The notes beneath the pieces were generated by a model. It did not search any database. It worked only from the letters and a program-made list of their open reading frames with translations, and had not been told where the DNA came from. The translations under genes and the position numbers were made by a program. Below, one piece after another: positions 46,715 through 56,321 of a stretch of DNA of 64,000 nucleotides. The stretch comes from an uncultured virus (IMG/VR IMGVR_UViG_3300025889_000100). Lineage: Duplodnaviria > Heunggongvirae > Uroviricota > Caudoviricetes. The DNA lies in IMG/VR virus record IMGVR_UViG_3300025889_000100, one strand, 5' to 3'. How positions within the stretch are numbered: the stretch's first letter is position 1; each line of letters starts with the position of its first letter.

Positions 46715-49700
46715 TGGCGCAAAATCTTAAGGTATTTGGGATAGGCGAAACTGCTGTTGATACTCAAAGTAGTGACCAATATAATGTACCAACTAATCCT
46801 AAATTTACTGCCGAAGGTACTTTTTCCTCATCTTTGAGAGCATCTGATAATGTTGAACAAACTAGGTTATATTCTTTAATATATCCTAGCCATCTGACAA
46901 GTGGTGTTGCAAGTGGAGAATTTACAGAAGTTGGAACATCTACTGCAAATACGATAAGATTTAATTTAGCAACGACAAATGGTTCTAGAATTAAATGCTA
47001 TGATGAGAATACTGGAACTGGCGTAAAACTAGACTCTACAAATTATGATTCAGACCATCATTATTTTGTATTAATACACGCCAAAAATCATTTAAAGCAT
47101 CATTTTGCTAGAGTAACTAAAGTTTTGACAGAAGATACAGAAGGAGATGCTTTTTCATTTGAACCAGCGTTAGGTAATGAAATTGAATTAAATACTGATT
47201 TTATGTTGTTTAAAGGCCCACATAAAACATCTACTGCTGTTGCCTTTTCAGCAGGAATTAAACAAGACTTACAGAATAGTTTAGTTTGCTCAAAACCTTT
47301 ATTTTACTTTTTAAAAACTAATGAAAAACACTTTACTGCTAATTTAAGTAGCGGAAGTGCTTTGATAGCAATTTCTACTTTAAGTGGGATAGAATCTGGA
47401 AATTTACAGGTTGGTATGAAAATATCTGGAAAAAATATTCCTGCAAATACGACAATTTCTTTGATAACTACAACTCATATTACAATGAGTAATAATGCAA
47501 GTGCATCTTCTACTGGAGAATTAATCACCATAGAAAACTATAATGAAGACTATACTCTAGATAAAGATGACCAGTTAGACCACAATATAAAATACACTGC
47601 GGCCATTTCAACAACAAATACAAGTGGAGCAATAAATACTTTCTACCTTTCTGTATTTGGAACAATGCAAGACTTTAGTAACAAAATTGTAGATTATAGT
47701 AAATATTCTATGAAACTTGAATTAGTTGATAAATTAAGAGAATTGGATGAAAACCATGCTAAAGGTATAGGTAGCGGAACAGCGAATAGCAACGAAGACA
47801 CATCATTATCTGCTTATAATTATACTGACTACACTGAAACTTTATTAAATTCTAGAAGGTCTTTAGCCGACGCAAAACAGTCTACTTCTAGCGATAAAAG
47901 TGGCCCGATTAGATATGTCCATTATGACTATTCTCCCAAAAAGGTAAATATTATTTCTAATGTTTTAGATTTGGAATTAGAACAATCTTATGCTCCTAGA
48001 GGCAGTTTTGCTTCTTCAAAAGTCATTGATAATAGTAAAATGCTGGGAGTTAAAATAAATGATTTTGAAAAGTATAGAATTAGGCATAGGGTCTTTAGAG
48101 GGGATTTATCTGAATTTGTAGATATTCCCGCAAAGGTTAATGCATTTAATAGCAGTAGAGAATATTCATTTCATACAGATTTTGAATTATATAATTATTT
48201 AAATGTTGGTGATGAAGTAAAAATAGGAGATTATATTTTATTTGTGGAGGCTTTACCGACAAATGGCATTAGTTTTTCTGATTTAATAAGAACTGAAAAT
48301 TCGCAGCAATTTAAAACAGCAAGCCAATTAGGATTATCTTGGTCTAGTTTATTGACAGCAGACCAGCAACTTAAAAGAAGAGCATTTAACTTTAAAGACA
48401 GGACTTTATTATCTTCTTTTAATATTGTAGAAAATAGAGAAAAAGAACTTTTTGTTAGCATAGTTTCCAAAGACTTTGAATACTTAGAAGCAGAAGTAGT
48501 AGTATCAAATTCTAAATTAGGATTACTTTATTTAAAATTCGGTGAAAAAGCATACTCTAATACAGAAACATCAATGAGATATGCCACAGGTATCTTTAAC
48601 ATCGAAATAGAAAGATTTACAGGAAAGATTGAAAAAATAGAAGCATTCAAAGAAAATCAACAAAATTTTATTAAAATTGAAGGAAGAGATGAATTTAGTC
48701 AATTGCTTGGCCCTATTGTAAATAGAAATACTGCTTTCTCAGAAGATATTATTTATAGCACAAATAGTCCATATAATACTTTAACTAGTCTTTCTTCTAA
48801 TGGTGATTTTAGTTTTAATAGTGTAAATATTACAAATACATCCAGCATCAGTTTAACTGCTGGAGATAGAATATTTGCAGAGATAAATGACCACTTTATT
48901 TTCGTTGGTGTAATTAAGAATAATACCTCAAGTGCCACAACTCATGAATTAGAAGAAAAAGCATTCGCAAAGTCAACAGGTAAAGCACTATACAAAGCAT
49001 CAACAAAAAATTATATGCTAACTAAGGCATTGTCTTCTAATCCATTAGTTTCTTCTGAAACATCTTTAAAGGGTTCAGCAGATAAAGGTATTTTCTTTTC
49101 TGGTGGAGCAATAGTTGATTCTAACGAAAATGCTTCAGAAGGTACATCTTTAATAGGTACAAGTTCTAGTAATAATGAAAAAGGAGTAGGTTATTTTATT
49201 CACCAACCTAAAGGAATATCTTCAGATAATTATTTTCAGTGTCGTTTAACTAATAACGATAATAGTGCTTTTCAATCATTTGATACAGTCAATACTTTGT
49301 TGGATTTTGAAATATTAAATATAAGTGAAGAAAATGGAAATAAAGTTTTAGAAGTAGCACCATATATGCCTTTATCGTTGGGTCGTGTAGAATTAAATTA
49401 TGCAAATACAAGAAATACAACATTTACAGATATAGGTAATCCTACTGCTACTTCTAACAAAAATTATTTTGATATTACTGTGACTCATGGACATAATTTT
49501 TTATCTTCCACATCTGATAAAAGAAATCATCATGGAAAACCAGTGTTTAAAAATGGAGAATTTTTAGGATTTATTACTTTTGCTTATTTACGGACAGATT
49601 ACTCAACAGTAAGAGTATTTGTTGATAGAATAATTACTACTGCAACTTCAGATACTATACAGTTATTAACTTATGCTAGTGCAAGAAATACAAGCAGTAA

Positions 49701-52700
49701 ATTAACTCAAGAATTACATTTGCTAAATGGCGGTCACTTATGGAATGGTAAAATTATCTCATTACTAAATCCTAATACTACACAAAATGGAAAAGTCTTT
49801 TCATTAGATTATCCTAAACATTATAATAGCGGTCTAAGTAGTTCATATTGTTCTGCATTCGGTACGCCATACTATAATATATACAATTTAGAAAAAGGAA
49901 ACATTAATTCAAGGCAAATTAGAAACCATATAAGTTCTATCGAAAGACCAAATGTTTTTGAGTTTTATTCTGAAATTCCTAGCAAAATTAAATATTATGC
50001 GAGTACGAATAAATTTGGACTAGGGAATACATATTCAGGTGCTACTTTAGTAGATGATATTATTGGAACAGATAAATATATTTCTTCTAGTTTCCCAAAC
50101 ACTTTAGCAGAAGCAAGAGGCTTTGTCCCAAGTCAAGGTTCTAAATTTTATGATACTACTATACATAAAAGCGGAGGAAGTGCAGATATTGTTGCATTAG
50201 ACCAAGACCAAATAGAAGCATCTAATACAGTTTCTATTTCAAGTAGTGACTATTTGAGAAGCAACCCTCTTTTCTTGAAAGATTATTTTGGGCATATTGA
50301 TGCTAAGATAGCAAGAATGTTTTTATTTAGTAATAGTGATTTAGAACCGTATAGTAGTTTACGGGAAGACAGTCTTATGTATTTTAGTGTTGATACTGAC
50401 GGTGTTTCTCATTTCAAGGATATTACAAACTACAAACTATTTGCTAAAAGAAAATCAATAGAAACTACAAATTCTGATACTAAATCTTTAACGACAGGAC
50501 AGACTGTTTCTGTTAAGAATAATGATGAGGATTATATATCTTGCGACATTATTTCAGCAGATAAGACACTATCAAGTCTAACTAGATTTTCTATTATGAG
50601 ATTAACAGAACTTTGTCTAGATTGGTCTTTTAATCAGTTTGACCCTGAAAATATTCCTAGTAAAGATAAAATGATGCCGCCAATAGGCTTAGAACAAAAT
50701 ATTCTTAGTGTGACAAATACTGCAAATATTACTGCATATGATACTAGTACAAATACTGTAACAACCAATACAACTGTTACTGTCGGTGGTTCAGGTCTTT
50801 CTAATGGAGATATTTTATATGATTTGCAAGGAAGATTAATTGGAACGGTTGATAGCCAAAGTTCTACTACTATTACATTTGATAGCGACCCTATCAAAAC
50901 AAACGGTACTTCCAATACTTGTGCTTTAGGATATGTTATTACTAGTGGAAATAGAAACCATGACTTATTTTCTGGAAATGGAAAAGGAGATACCTTTATT
51001 GACTTTGGTAAAGAAATACATATGTTAAAAGGATTGGCTACCCAAACTTCACATGAAAGCGATGGTTGGGGGAGTACAAAAGGGGGAGCAACTGACGATA
51101 GATGGCGTACCTCTTATAGTGCTTCATTTGGCCCACTTTTTTCAGCAAATAATAAAATTCATCTGGTTTTACCATTTGCTTACAATATAAGACACAGTAC
51201 AACGACGATAGAAAAAGCAGTTAAGTTATTTGACATATTTAGAAATATGATTGATATTGATGACACAGGTTCAAATAATGATGCTAATGAATATGCTGAT
51301 AATTTAATTCCTATATTTTTAGATAGATATGGAGTAGAGGATGGAGAAGAATTAGCATCAGAAGGTATGGCAGGTCAAGATATTATTGAAGCACACGTTA
51401 ATAATGGTTCAGGTGCAACAAATAAAGACACTATTACTATGGCTTGTACTACTGCACCTTTCAATAATAATACTGATGAAGATATTAATGCTGATTATGA
51501 TGATACTGCTGATGGGGTATTCTTAGGATTCAAGCCTAAATTAATTTTAAACTATTCTAACTTAACTGCAAGAGTAACAAAGGGAGGAGAAAACGTTTAT
51601 GAAATAGATGTTGCTTCAAGTGGTGGAAATGTTTTCTTAGATTTTGTTGATTTAACTGGCTGTTATTTGGTTTCTGAAGCAGGTTTATTTTTAGATTCAG
51701 ACGGTGATTTAACGGCCAATGTTGGTTCATTAGATGACGCAAAACCAGACCATATATGCTATGTTATCTCTCATGAACTAGATGCTAGTAATTCAACAAA
51801 AACTCATAGATTAATTTTAGATAATGATTTTGGTTCAGGCTCAGATAGAATTTTTAGAATTATGCAACCTAATCATACTTGTTTTCACAGTTTTTCTCCT
51901 AAAGAAATAAAACTCCAGATGACAAGTTCTCGATATACAAAGATGCCTTCTAGTAATCAATGCTATAATGGTATCAATTCTTTCTTTAATAGAAATTCCA
52001 AGGGTGGTAGGGACATAAAAGGAAACAACGAAGGAATACTCTCAATGTATGTTTTAGTTGATTGTGATAATCAAAATAATAATACAAGTGAAAAACACAC
52101 AGTTATTAGGCATCATAGTAGTTATGCAAACATTTTACCATCTCAAGCCACTACTGTTAATGTTTCAGATGGCGATAATAACTTAAAAACAGAAATAGAA
52201 TACTTTTCTGGAATTACAGGATTAAGTTCTTCTGTAAACGAAATATTAACTTTTGCACAAATGAAAGAAATGCTAGGAGTTGTTTCAGTTTCAGAAATTT
52301 TAAACATTACAGTAAATGCCGAAATTGATTCTGACTTTACTAGGGCTTGTATTGGCTCAACACTTACAGTAGCAAATGAAACAGATAAACTTATTGACAA
52401 TCTATTAAAAGATAATAATATAGAAGTGGATGTTACTGATAGCAACTATCCTTTGTTCTTAGCACCTAATTTTCAAGGAGTTGATTTATTTTCAGCAGTT
52501 AATTTCTTATTAGAAAGAAAGGATAAAAGTATTTTATATGAATATGATAAGTTTAAGGTTTTGGATAAAAAGGATAACCAATTTTATAGCGAAGTAATTC
52601 TTGAAGAGAATGGAGATTTGCAGATATATGATTTACAAAAAGAATCAAATATGTTTAACGTATATAATGAAATTGTAGTATATGGAAAAAATCATAGAGG

Positions 52701-53286
52701 AATTCGTAAAAGAAATAAAAGTATTAAAAAAATTGGTATTAAAACACTAGAAGTCCATGAACCCGAACTTACTTCACAAGAAGAAGTTGATAGAAGGGCT
52801 AGAGTATTGAGAGAGGTTCATTCAGAAGATAGTAATAATAGATTATTTAAGGTAACTATCGGCCATTCAGGAATTTCTCAATTAAGAGGCGGCGATTTAA
52901 TTAGATTGAATGTCCCTAGAGAAAATATTGAAAATGAACAAGTTATTGTATTACAGATAAAACATCTACTTAATGGTTTAATGGAATTGCAATTAGGTAA
53001 ATTTAGCAGATTGCTAGAAGATATATTTGCAGAATTACAAATTAAAAATAAAACAGTTGATGCTAATTTAAGAAAGCAACAATATGGAGAAGAAAACATC
53101 ATTAAGATAGACATTGAAGATAAATTTAAAATTAAACAACTTAGACTATTTGTGAGAAAAAGAACCTCTTCTGGTTCATTTAAGTTAGGTTTTGGAACAG
53201 CATTAAATACAGGAACAAACACGCTTGGCTATGGGGTCGGCACAGGCATTACATTCACTACTTTGATAGATGAGGAATTAATATGA
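46714..53286 (+). CDS. Very large tail tip/baseplate hub protein (2190 aa)
   Basis: S/T/N-rich beta domains; hub-like KIEGRD, YNEIVVYG and LRGGDLIRL segments. Confidence 0.75.
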   Translation: MAQNLKVFGIGETAVDTQSSDQYNVPTNPKFTAEGTFSSSLRASDNVEQTRLYSLIYPSHLTSGVASGEFTEVGTSTANTIRFNLATTNGSRIKCYDENTGTGVKLDSTNYDSDHHYFVLIHAKNHLKHHFARVTKVLTEDTEGDAFSFEPALGNEIELNTDFMLFKGPHKTSTAVAFSAGIKQDLQNSLVCSKPLFYFLKTNEKHFTANLSSGSALIAISTLSGIESGNLQVGMKISGKNIPANTTISLITTTHITMSNNASASSTGELITIENYNEDYTLDKDDQLDHNIKYTAAISTTNTSGAINTFYLSVFGTMQDFSNKIVDYSKYSMKLELVDKLRELDENHAKGIGSGTANSNEDTSLSAYNYTDYTETLLNSRRSLADAKQSTSSDKSGPIRYVHYDYSPKKVNIISNVLDLELEQSYAPRGSFASSKVIDNSKMLGVKINDFEKYRIRHRVFRGDLSEFVDIPAKVNAFNSSREYSFHTDFELYNYLNVGDEVKIGDYILFVEALPTNGISFSDLIRTENSQQFKTASQLGLSWSSLLTADQQLKRRAFNFKDRTLLSSFNIVENREKELFVSIVSKDFEYLEAEVVVSNSKLGLLYLKFGEKAYSNTETSMRYATGIFNIEIERFTGKIEKIEAFKENQQNFIKIEGRDEFSQLLGPIVNRNTAFSEDIIYSTNSPYNTLTSLSSNGDFSFNSVNITNTSSISLTAGDRIFAEINDHFIFVGVIKNNTSSATTHELEEKAFAKSTGKALYKASTKNYMLTKALSSNPLVSSETSLKGSADKGIFFSGGAIVDSNENASEGTSLIGTSSSNNEKGVGYFIHQPKGISSDNYFQCRLTNNDNSAFQSFDTVNTLLDFEILNISEENGNKVLEVAPYMPLSLGRVELNYANTRNTTFTDIGNPTATSNKNYFDITVTHGHNFLSSTSDKRNHHGKPVFKNGEFLGFITFAYLRTDYSTVRVFVDRIITTATSDTIQLLTYASARNTSSKLTQELHLLNGGHLWNGKIISLLNPNTTQNGKVFSLDYPKHYNSGLSSSYCSAFGTPYYNIYNLEKGNINSRQIRNHISSIERPNVFEFYSEIPSKIKYYASTNKFGLGNTYSGATLVDDIIGTDKYISSSFPNTLAEARGFVPSQGSKFYDTTIHKSGGSADIVALDQDQIEASNTVSISSSDYLRSNPLFLKDYFGHIDAKIARMFLFSNSDLEPYSSLREDSLMYFSVDTDGVSHFKDITNYKLFAKRKSIETTNSDTKSLTTGQTVSVKNNDEDYISCDIISADKTLSSLTRFSIMRLTELCLDWSFNQFDPENIPSKDKMMPPIGLEQNILSVTNTANITAYDTSTNTVTTNTTVTVGGSGLSNGDILYDLQGRLIGTVDSQSSTTITFDSDPIKTNGTSNTCALGYVITSGNRNHDLFSGNGKGDTFIDFGKEIHMLKGLATQTSHESDGWGSTKGGATDDRWRTSYSASFGPLFSANNKIHLVLPFAYNIRHSTTTIEKAVKLFDIFRNMIDIDDTGSNNDANEYADNLIPIFLDRYGVEDGEELASEGMAGQDIIEAHVNNGSGATNKDTITMACTTAPFNNNTDEDINADYDDTADGVFLGFKPKLILNYSNLTARVTKGGENVYEIDVASSGGNVFLDFVDLTGCYLVSEAGLFLDSDGDLTANVGSLDDAKPDHICYVISHELDASNSTKTHRLILDNDFGSGSDRIFRIMQPNHTCFHSFSPKEIKLQMTSSRYTKMPSSNQCYNGINSFFNRNSKGGRDIKGNNEGILSMYVLVDCDNQNNNTSEKHTVIRHHSSYANILPSQATTVNVSDGDNNLKTEIEYFSGITGLSSSVNEILTFAQMKEMLGVVSVSEILNITVNAEIDSDFTRACIGSTLTVANETDKLIDNLLKDNNIEVDVTDSNYPLFLAPNFQGVDLFSAVNFLLERKDKSILYEYDKFKVLDKKDNQFYSEVILEENGDLQIYDLQKESNMFNVYNEIVVYGKNHRGIRKRNKSIKKIGIKTLEVHEPELTSQEEVDRRARVLREVHSEDSNNRLFKVTIGHSGISQLRGGDLIRLNVPRENIENEQVIVLQIKHLLNGLMELQLGKFSRLLEDIFAELQIKNKTVDANLRKQQYGEENIIKIDIEDKFKIKQLRLFVRKRTSSGSFKLGFGTALNTGTNTLGYGVGTGITFTTLIDEELI

Positions 53287-53633
53287 TAACAGAAAAAACA
53301 AAAGAATTGATTGCAACATACTTAGCAGGTCTTGTAAATACTCCTAATAAATTTGATATTGGATTAGGTGGGAATGCAACTAGTCCAGCATCAACTACTT
53401 TAGATGTACCCCTTACAACAATACCAATAACTACTGGTGCAGTAACGGCTGATAATGTAATTGAATTCCAAGCAATCTTTGATGGTGCTGATTCTACAAT
53501 GACAGGAAATGTTATTCGTGAGTTTGGAATAACAGACGGAACTAATCTTCTAGCAAGAGTTAATTTTAATGGAGTTGGCCCATTTGCATCAAATGAAGAT
53601 TTAGAAATTTTTTATACAATAGAGGTGGAATGA
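53283..53633 (+). CDS. Small tail/baseplate protein
   Basis: IGLG...IREFGI...LLARV pattern typical of fibre-collar-like proteins. Confidence 0.6.
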   Translation: MITEKTKELIATYLAGLVNTPNKFDIGLGGNATSPASTTLDVPLTTIPITTGAVTADNVIEFQAIFDGADSTMTGNVIREFGITDGTNLLARVNFNGVGPFASNEDLEIFYTIEVE

Positions 53634-53634
53634 T

Positions 53635-55065
53635 ATGGCAGACGAAAACCCGCACCAATTTAGCACACAGACAACAGGCGTAACTTTTGGTCAAATAACT
53701 GATGATACTGATTTTCCTCACACTGGTTTAATTAAATCATTAAGTCTTATGGCTAAAGGAAATATGGCTGTAAAAGGTTCAGCAACAGATTTTGATATTA
53801 CCCAAGCAAGTTCTGGGAATGTTATTCAAGTTGCCGCAGGTAGAATATTTAAAGATAATAAATTTACTGCTCAAGTAGCCGCCAAAAACTTTACTTCTAG
53901 CGCATTTGATACAACAACAGGAAATAGTTTTTATCATTTACTTGTTGTTGATGCTTCAAATGTTTTACAAGTTAGAAAGCATGGTAGTTCTACTGCAAAT
54001 AAAGTTCCAGAATATACAGAAGGAGATACTATTATTGCAGTAATTATGTTTAACTCTTCTACTGCTGCTTTAGGAAGTATGCAGATTCAATTCTTAACAA
54101 CAGGTAAAGTTGAGAATAGTTTAAGTATTGGTTATGATGATAGTGGATATACAGAAGCGGGTTCTTTAACAGGAACTTCTGATGGTATTACTATGACAGG
54201 ATTATACAAACTAGATACTTTACCTACTGCTACTGTTGCAACAGATGATAAATTAATTATTCAAGACACAAATGATTCTGATAAAATTAAAACTGTAACT
54301 GCCCAATCAATTGCAAATTTGGCTAGTTATAGTGATTCTAATGCTATTTCAGCAGTAGAAGGTGAAGCAACATTAGATTTAACTGGGGATGTAACAATTG
54401 CCGCAGGTAAGGATTTAACCGTTGATACTAACACATTACACGTTGATTCTGCAAATAATAGAGTAGGTATTGGAACAACTTCTCCTGATATGTCTTTAGA
54501 TGTAATACAATCAGGAACAACTATTGCAAGAGTAGCAAGCACAGGTTCACACGCTAATTTGCGCTTTGGTCGGGCTAATTCATCTTATGATGCGGCTATG
54601 TTATTTTATGACGATATGGCTACTACTCCTTCATTACAATGGCGTATTCAAATGACAAGTGGCGGAAGTGATTTATCCATTCGTGACGAAGATGGAAGCC
54701 CTGATGGTCAAGAAATAATGAAATTTAAAGATGGTGGCGGTATTGATATTAATTGTGATGTAGAAATGCCAGTCGCACATAAATTAAGAACGGGAGAAAT
54801 AGAAATTGAAGGCGATTTAAACCATGATGGTTCAAATGTCGGTTTCTTTGGAACTGCTGTTGCTTCTCGTCAAAATGTAGGTAATGGTTCTTTTGTAACT
54901 AATCCAGTTAATTTTGGCCGACCAGTTCCTGACCCGTCTGCAAATCCTGGATTTGAGCCTAATGTAGATAATTACATCGCTCAACTTGAAAATGAAATAG
55001 TTACTATTTCAACTAAGTTAAACGATTTAATAGACGCTTTACAGTTGTATGGTTTAATTTTGTGA
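53635..55065 (+). CDS. Tail fibre protein
   Basis: TNTLHVDSANNRVGIGTTSP fibre repeat; C-terminal coiled coil. Confidence 0.75.
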   Translation: MADENPHQFSTQTTGVTFGQITDDTDFPHTGLIKSLSLMAKGNMAVKGSATDFDITQASSGNVIQVAAGRIFKDNKFTAQVAAKNFTSSAFDTTTGNSFYHLLVVDASNVLQVRKHGSSTANKVPEYTEGDTIIAVIMFNSSTAALGSMQIQFLTTGKVENSLSIGYDDSGYTEAGSLTGTSDGITMTGLYKLDTLPTATVATDDKLIIQDTNDSDKIKTVTAQSIANLASYSDSNAISAVEGEATLDLTGDVTIAAGKDLTVDTNTLHVDSANNRVGIGTTSPDMSLDVIQSGTTIARVASTGSHANLRFGRANSSYDAAMLFYDDMATTPSLQWRIQMTSGGSDLSIRDEDGSPDGQEIMKFKDGGGIDINCDVEMPVAHKLRTGEIEIEGDLNHDGSNVGFFGTAVASRQNVGNGSFVTNPVNFGRPVPDPSANPGFEPNVDNYIAQLENEIVTISTKLNDLIDALQLYGLIL

Positions 55066-55069
55066 TTAT

Positions 55070-55153
55070 ATGAAATTATTCATATTGGCTATAATAGCCT
55101 TTGCTGTAGGTTTTCTATCTACATGGCTTGCAACAATTGATGAAAAATGGTAA
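55070..55153 (+). CDS. 27-aa single-TM peptide, missing from ORF track
   Basis: MKLFILAIIAFAVGFLSTWLATIDEKW; GTGA RBS. Confidence 0.55.
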   Translation: MKLFILAIIAFAVGFLSTWLATIDEKW

Positions 55154-55165
55154 ATTCCAAAAGCC

Positions 55166-55207
55166 AAAAAAAAGAGGGAAGGCGACCCAAAAGAGCCACC
55201 TTCCCTC
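55166..55207 (-). terminator. Hairpin terminator between the convergent gene blocks
   Basis: GAGGGAAGG (55174-55182) / CCTTCCCTC (55199-55207) stem followed by T8 on the minus strand. Confidence 0.7.
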
Positions 55208-55349
55208 AAATAGTCTTAATTGACCAAATTTTCTGACATTCCCGACATTCCCACAACTTTACCTGTTCGGGAGAACCTACATAAAAACCCAATAGACGCT
55301 TCGCTAACGTCTTATTGCCACAATACGGGCATTGTTGCTTCAATCCCAT
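55206..55349 (-). CDS. 47-aa Zn-ribbon protein (CPYC-x24-CREC-x3-W), missing from ORF track
   Basis: Translated by hand; TAATG-coupled to the upstream gene. Confidence 0.7.
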   Translation of the reverse strand: MGLKQQCPYCGNKTLAKRLLGFYVGSPEQVKLWECRECQKIWSIKTI

Positions 55350-55498
55350 TACTGTCCATCTTCCTTGTTTCTCATCAATCTTCTCATATAATCTTCAACG
55401 CTGTCATCGGTGATATTTGTTCCACCAAATGCAGCGAAAAAGAGCAATAAGAGAACTGTTAAGAAAACAAGAAGAAAGAACCAATCCCAGCCTTCCAT
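55349..55498 (-). CDS. 49-aa membrane peptide, missing from ORF track
   Basis: MEGWDWFFLLVFLTVLLLLFFAAFGG...; coupled to both neighbours. Confidence 0.7.
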   Translation of the reverse strand: MEGWDWFFLLVFLTVLLLLFFAAFGGTNITDDSVEDYMRRLMRNKEDGQ

Positions 55499-56091
55499 TA
55501 CCATTTCACCTCTAATTCTACAAACTTTTCTTTATCGACAGAAAATGCTTTGACAATCCCATTGTCTTGACCATATTTCCAAAGGTCATACACTAGTTGA
55601 GTATCTTTCATACAATACTCAACGACTTCATCATATTGACCAGCCTTCCATAACTTAGGAGCATCAGCACTATCCATGAGTTTAAAATCATTCATTGTGC
55701 ATTTAACTAAGTTACTTAATGGGAATCTTTCACCATGTTCTTTGGTTAAGATTCTGCTAGTATCAATATATCTTTTATCTTCTAGATATTGTTTAATACA
55801 ATAAATATCCATAGAGTCTTTCAGAATAGGCAAATCAAATGCGGCAATATTATGTCCTAATAATACTCCACCTTTCTGAAAATGCTCATCTAAATCATAC
55901 TTTAGTTCTCTTAAAGACTTTACAATATGACCAGACTTAGCAAAAGAATCAACGGGTTCATCAACATAAACAGTTCCAGTATTTCCATCCCATGTAGCAA
56001 CGGTTGATACTTGAAACATATGCGTATTACCAAAACCGCCTATGTCATACGACATATTTTTTGTTTCGATATCAAGAGCCATTACTGACAT
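55498..56091 (-). CDS. DEDD/DnaQ-like 3'-5' exonuclease (RNase H fold)
   Basis: ExoI ALDIET, ExoII GHNIAAFD, ExoIII YCMKD. Confidence 0.85.
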   Translation of the reverse strand: MSVMALDIETKNMSYDIGGFGNTHMFQVSTVATWDGNTGTVYVDEPVDSFAKSGHIVKSLRELKYDLDEHFQKGGVLLGHNIAAFDLPILKDSMDIYCIKQYLEDKRYIDTSRILTKEHGERFPLSNLVKCTMNDFKLMDSADAPKLWKAGQYDEVVEYCMKDTQLVYDLWKYGQDNGIVKAFSVDKEKFVELEVKW

Positions 56092-56096
56092 TTAAC

Positions 56097-56321
56097 TCAA
56101 TCCTGCGACCAAAGTTTAGAAATCTTTTCTGTTTCTTTATCCACTTTAGGTTCTTCATCAACATCAATTCTTCGCTTTAAGAAGCAAACAATGTTACTGC
56201 CCGCTACTGTTAGCATAGAACAACATTCCCAGCCATCAGCACCATATGTATCTAATGATTCTATAATTACTTTTGGCCCTTTTGATACTTCAAACACTAG
56301 GTATGTATTTTCCCATTTCAT
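56097..56321 (-). CDS. DUF4177-like small protein
   Basis: KWE...LDTYGADGWE pattern. Confidence 0.6.
   Translation of the reverse strand: MKWENTYLVFEVSKGPKVIIESLDTYGADGWECCSMLTVAGSNIVCFLKRRIDVDEEPKVDKETEKISKLWSQD

Noticed and set aside
2998..54542. Numerous minus-strand ORFs opposite the late genes (e.g. 9006-9545, 26491-27096, 28745-29287, 37165-37743)
   Set aside because: S/F/L-rich antisense shadows of E/K-rich plus-strand genes, without RBS.
56097..56321. MKWENT start as another WxxILK leader
   Set aside because: Lacks the [IL][LI]K part; KWE fits the DUF4177-like pattern instead.
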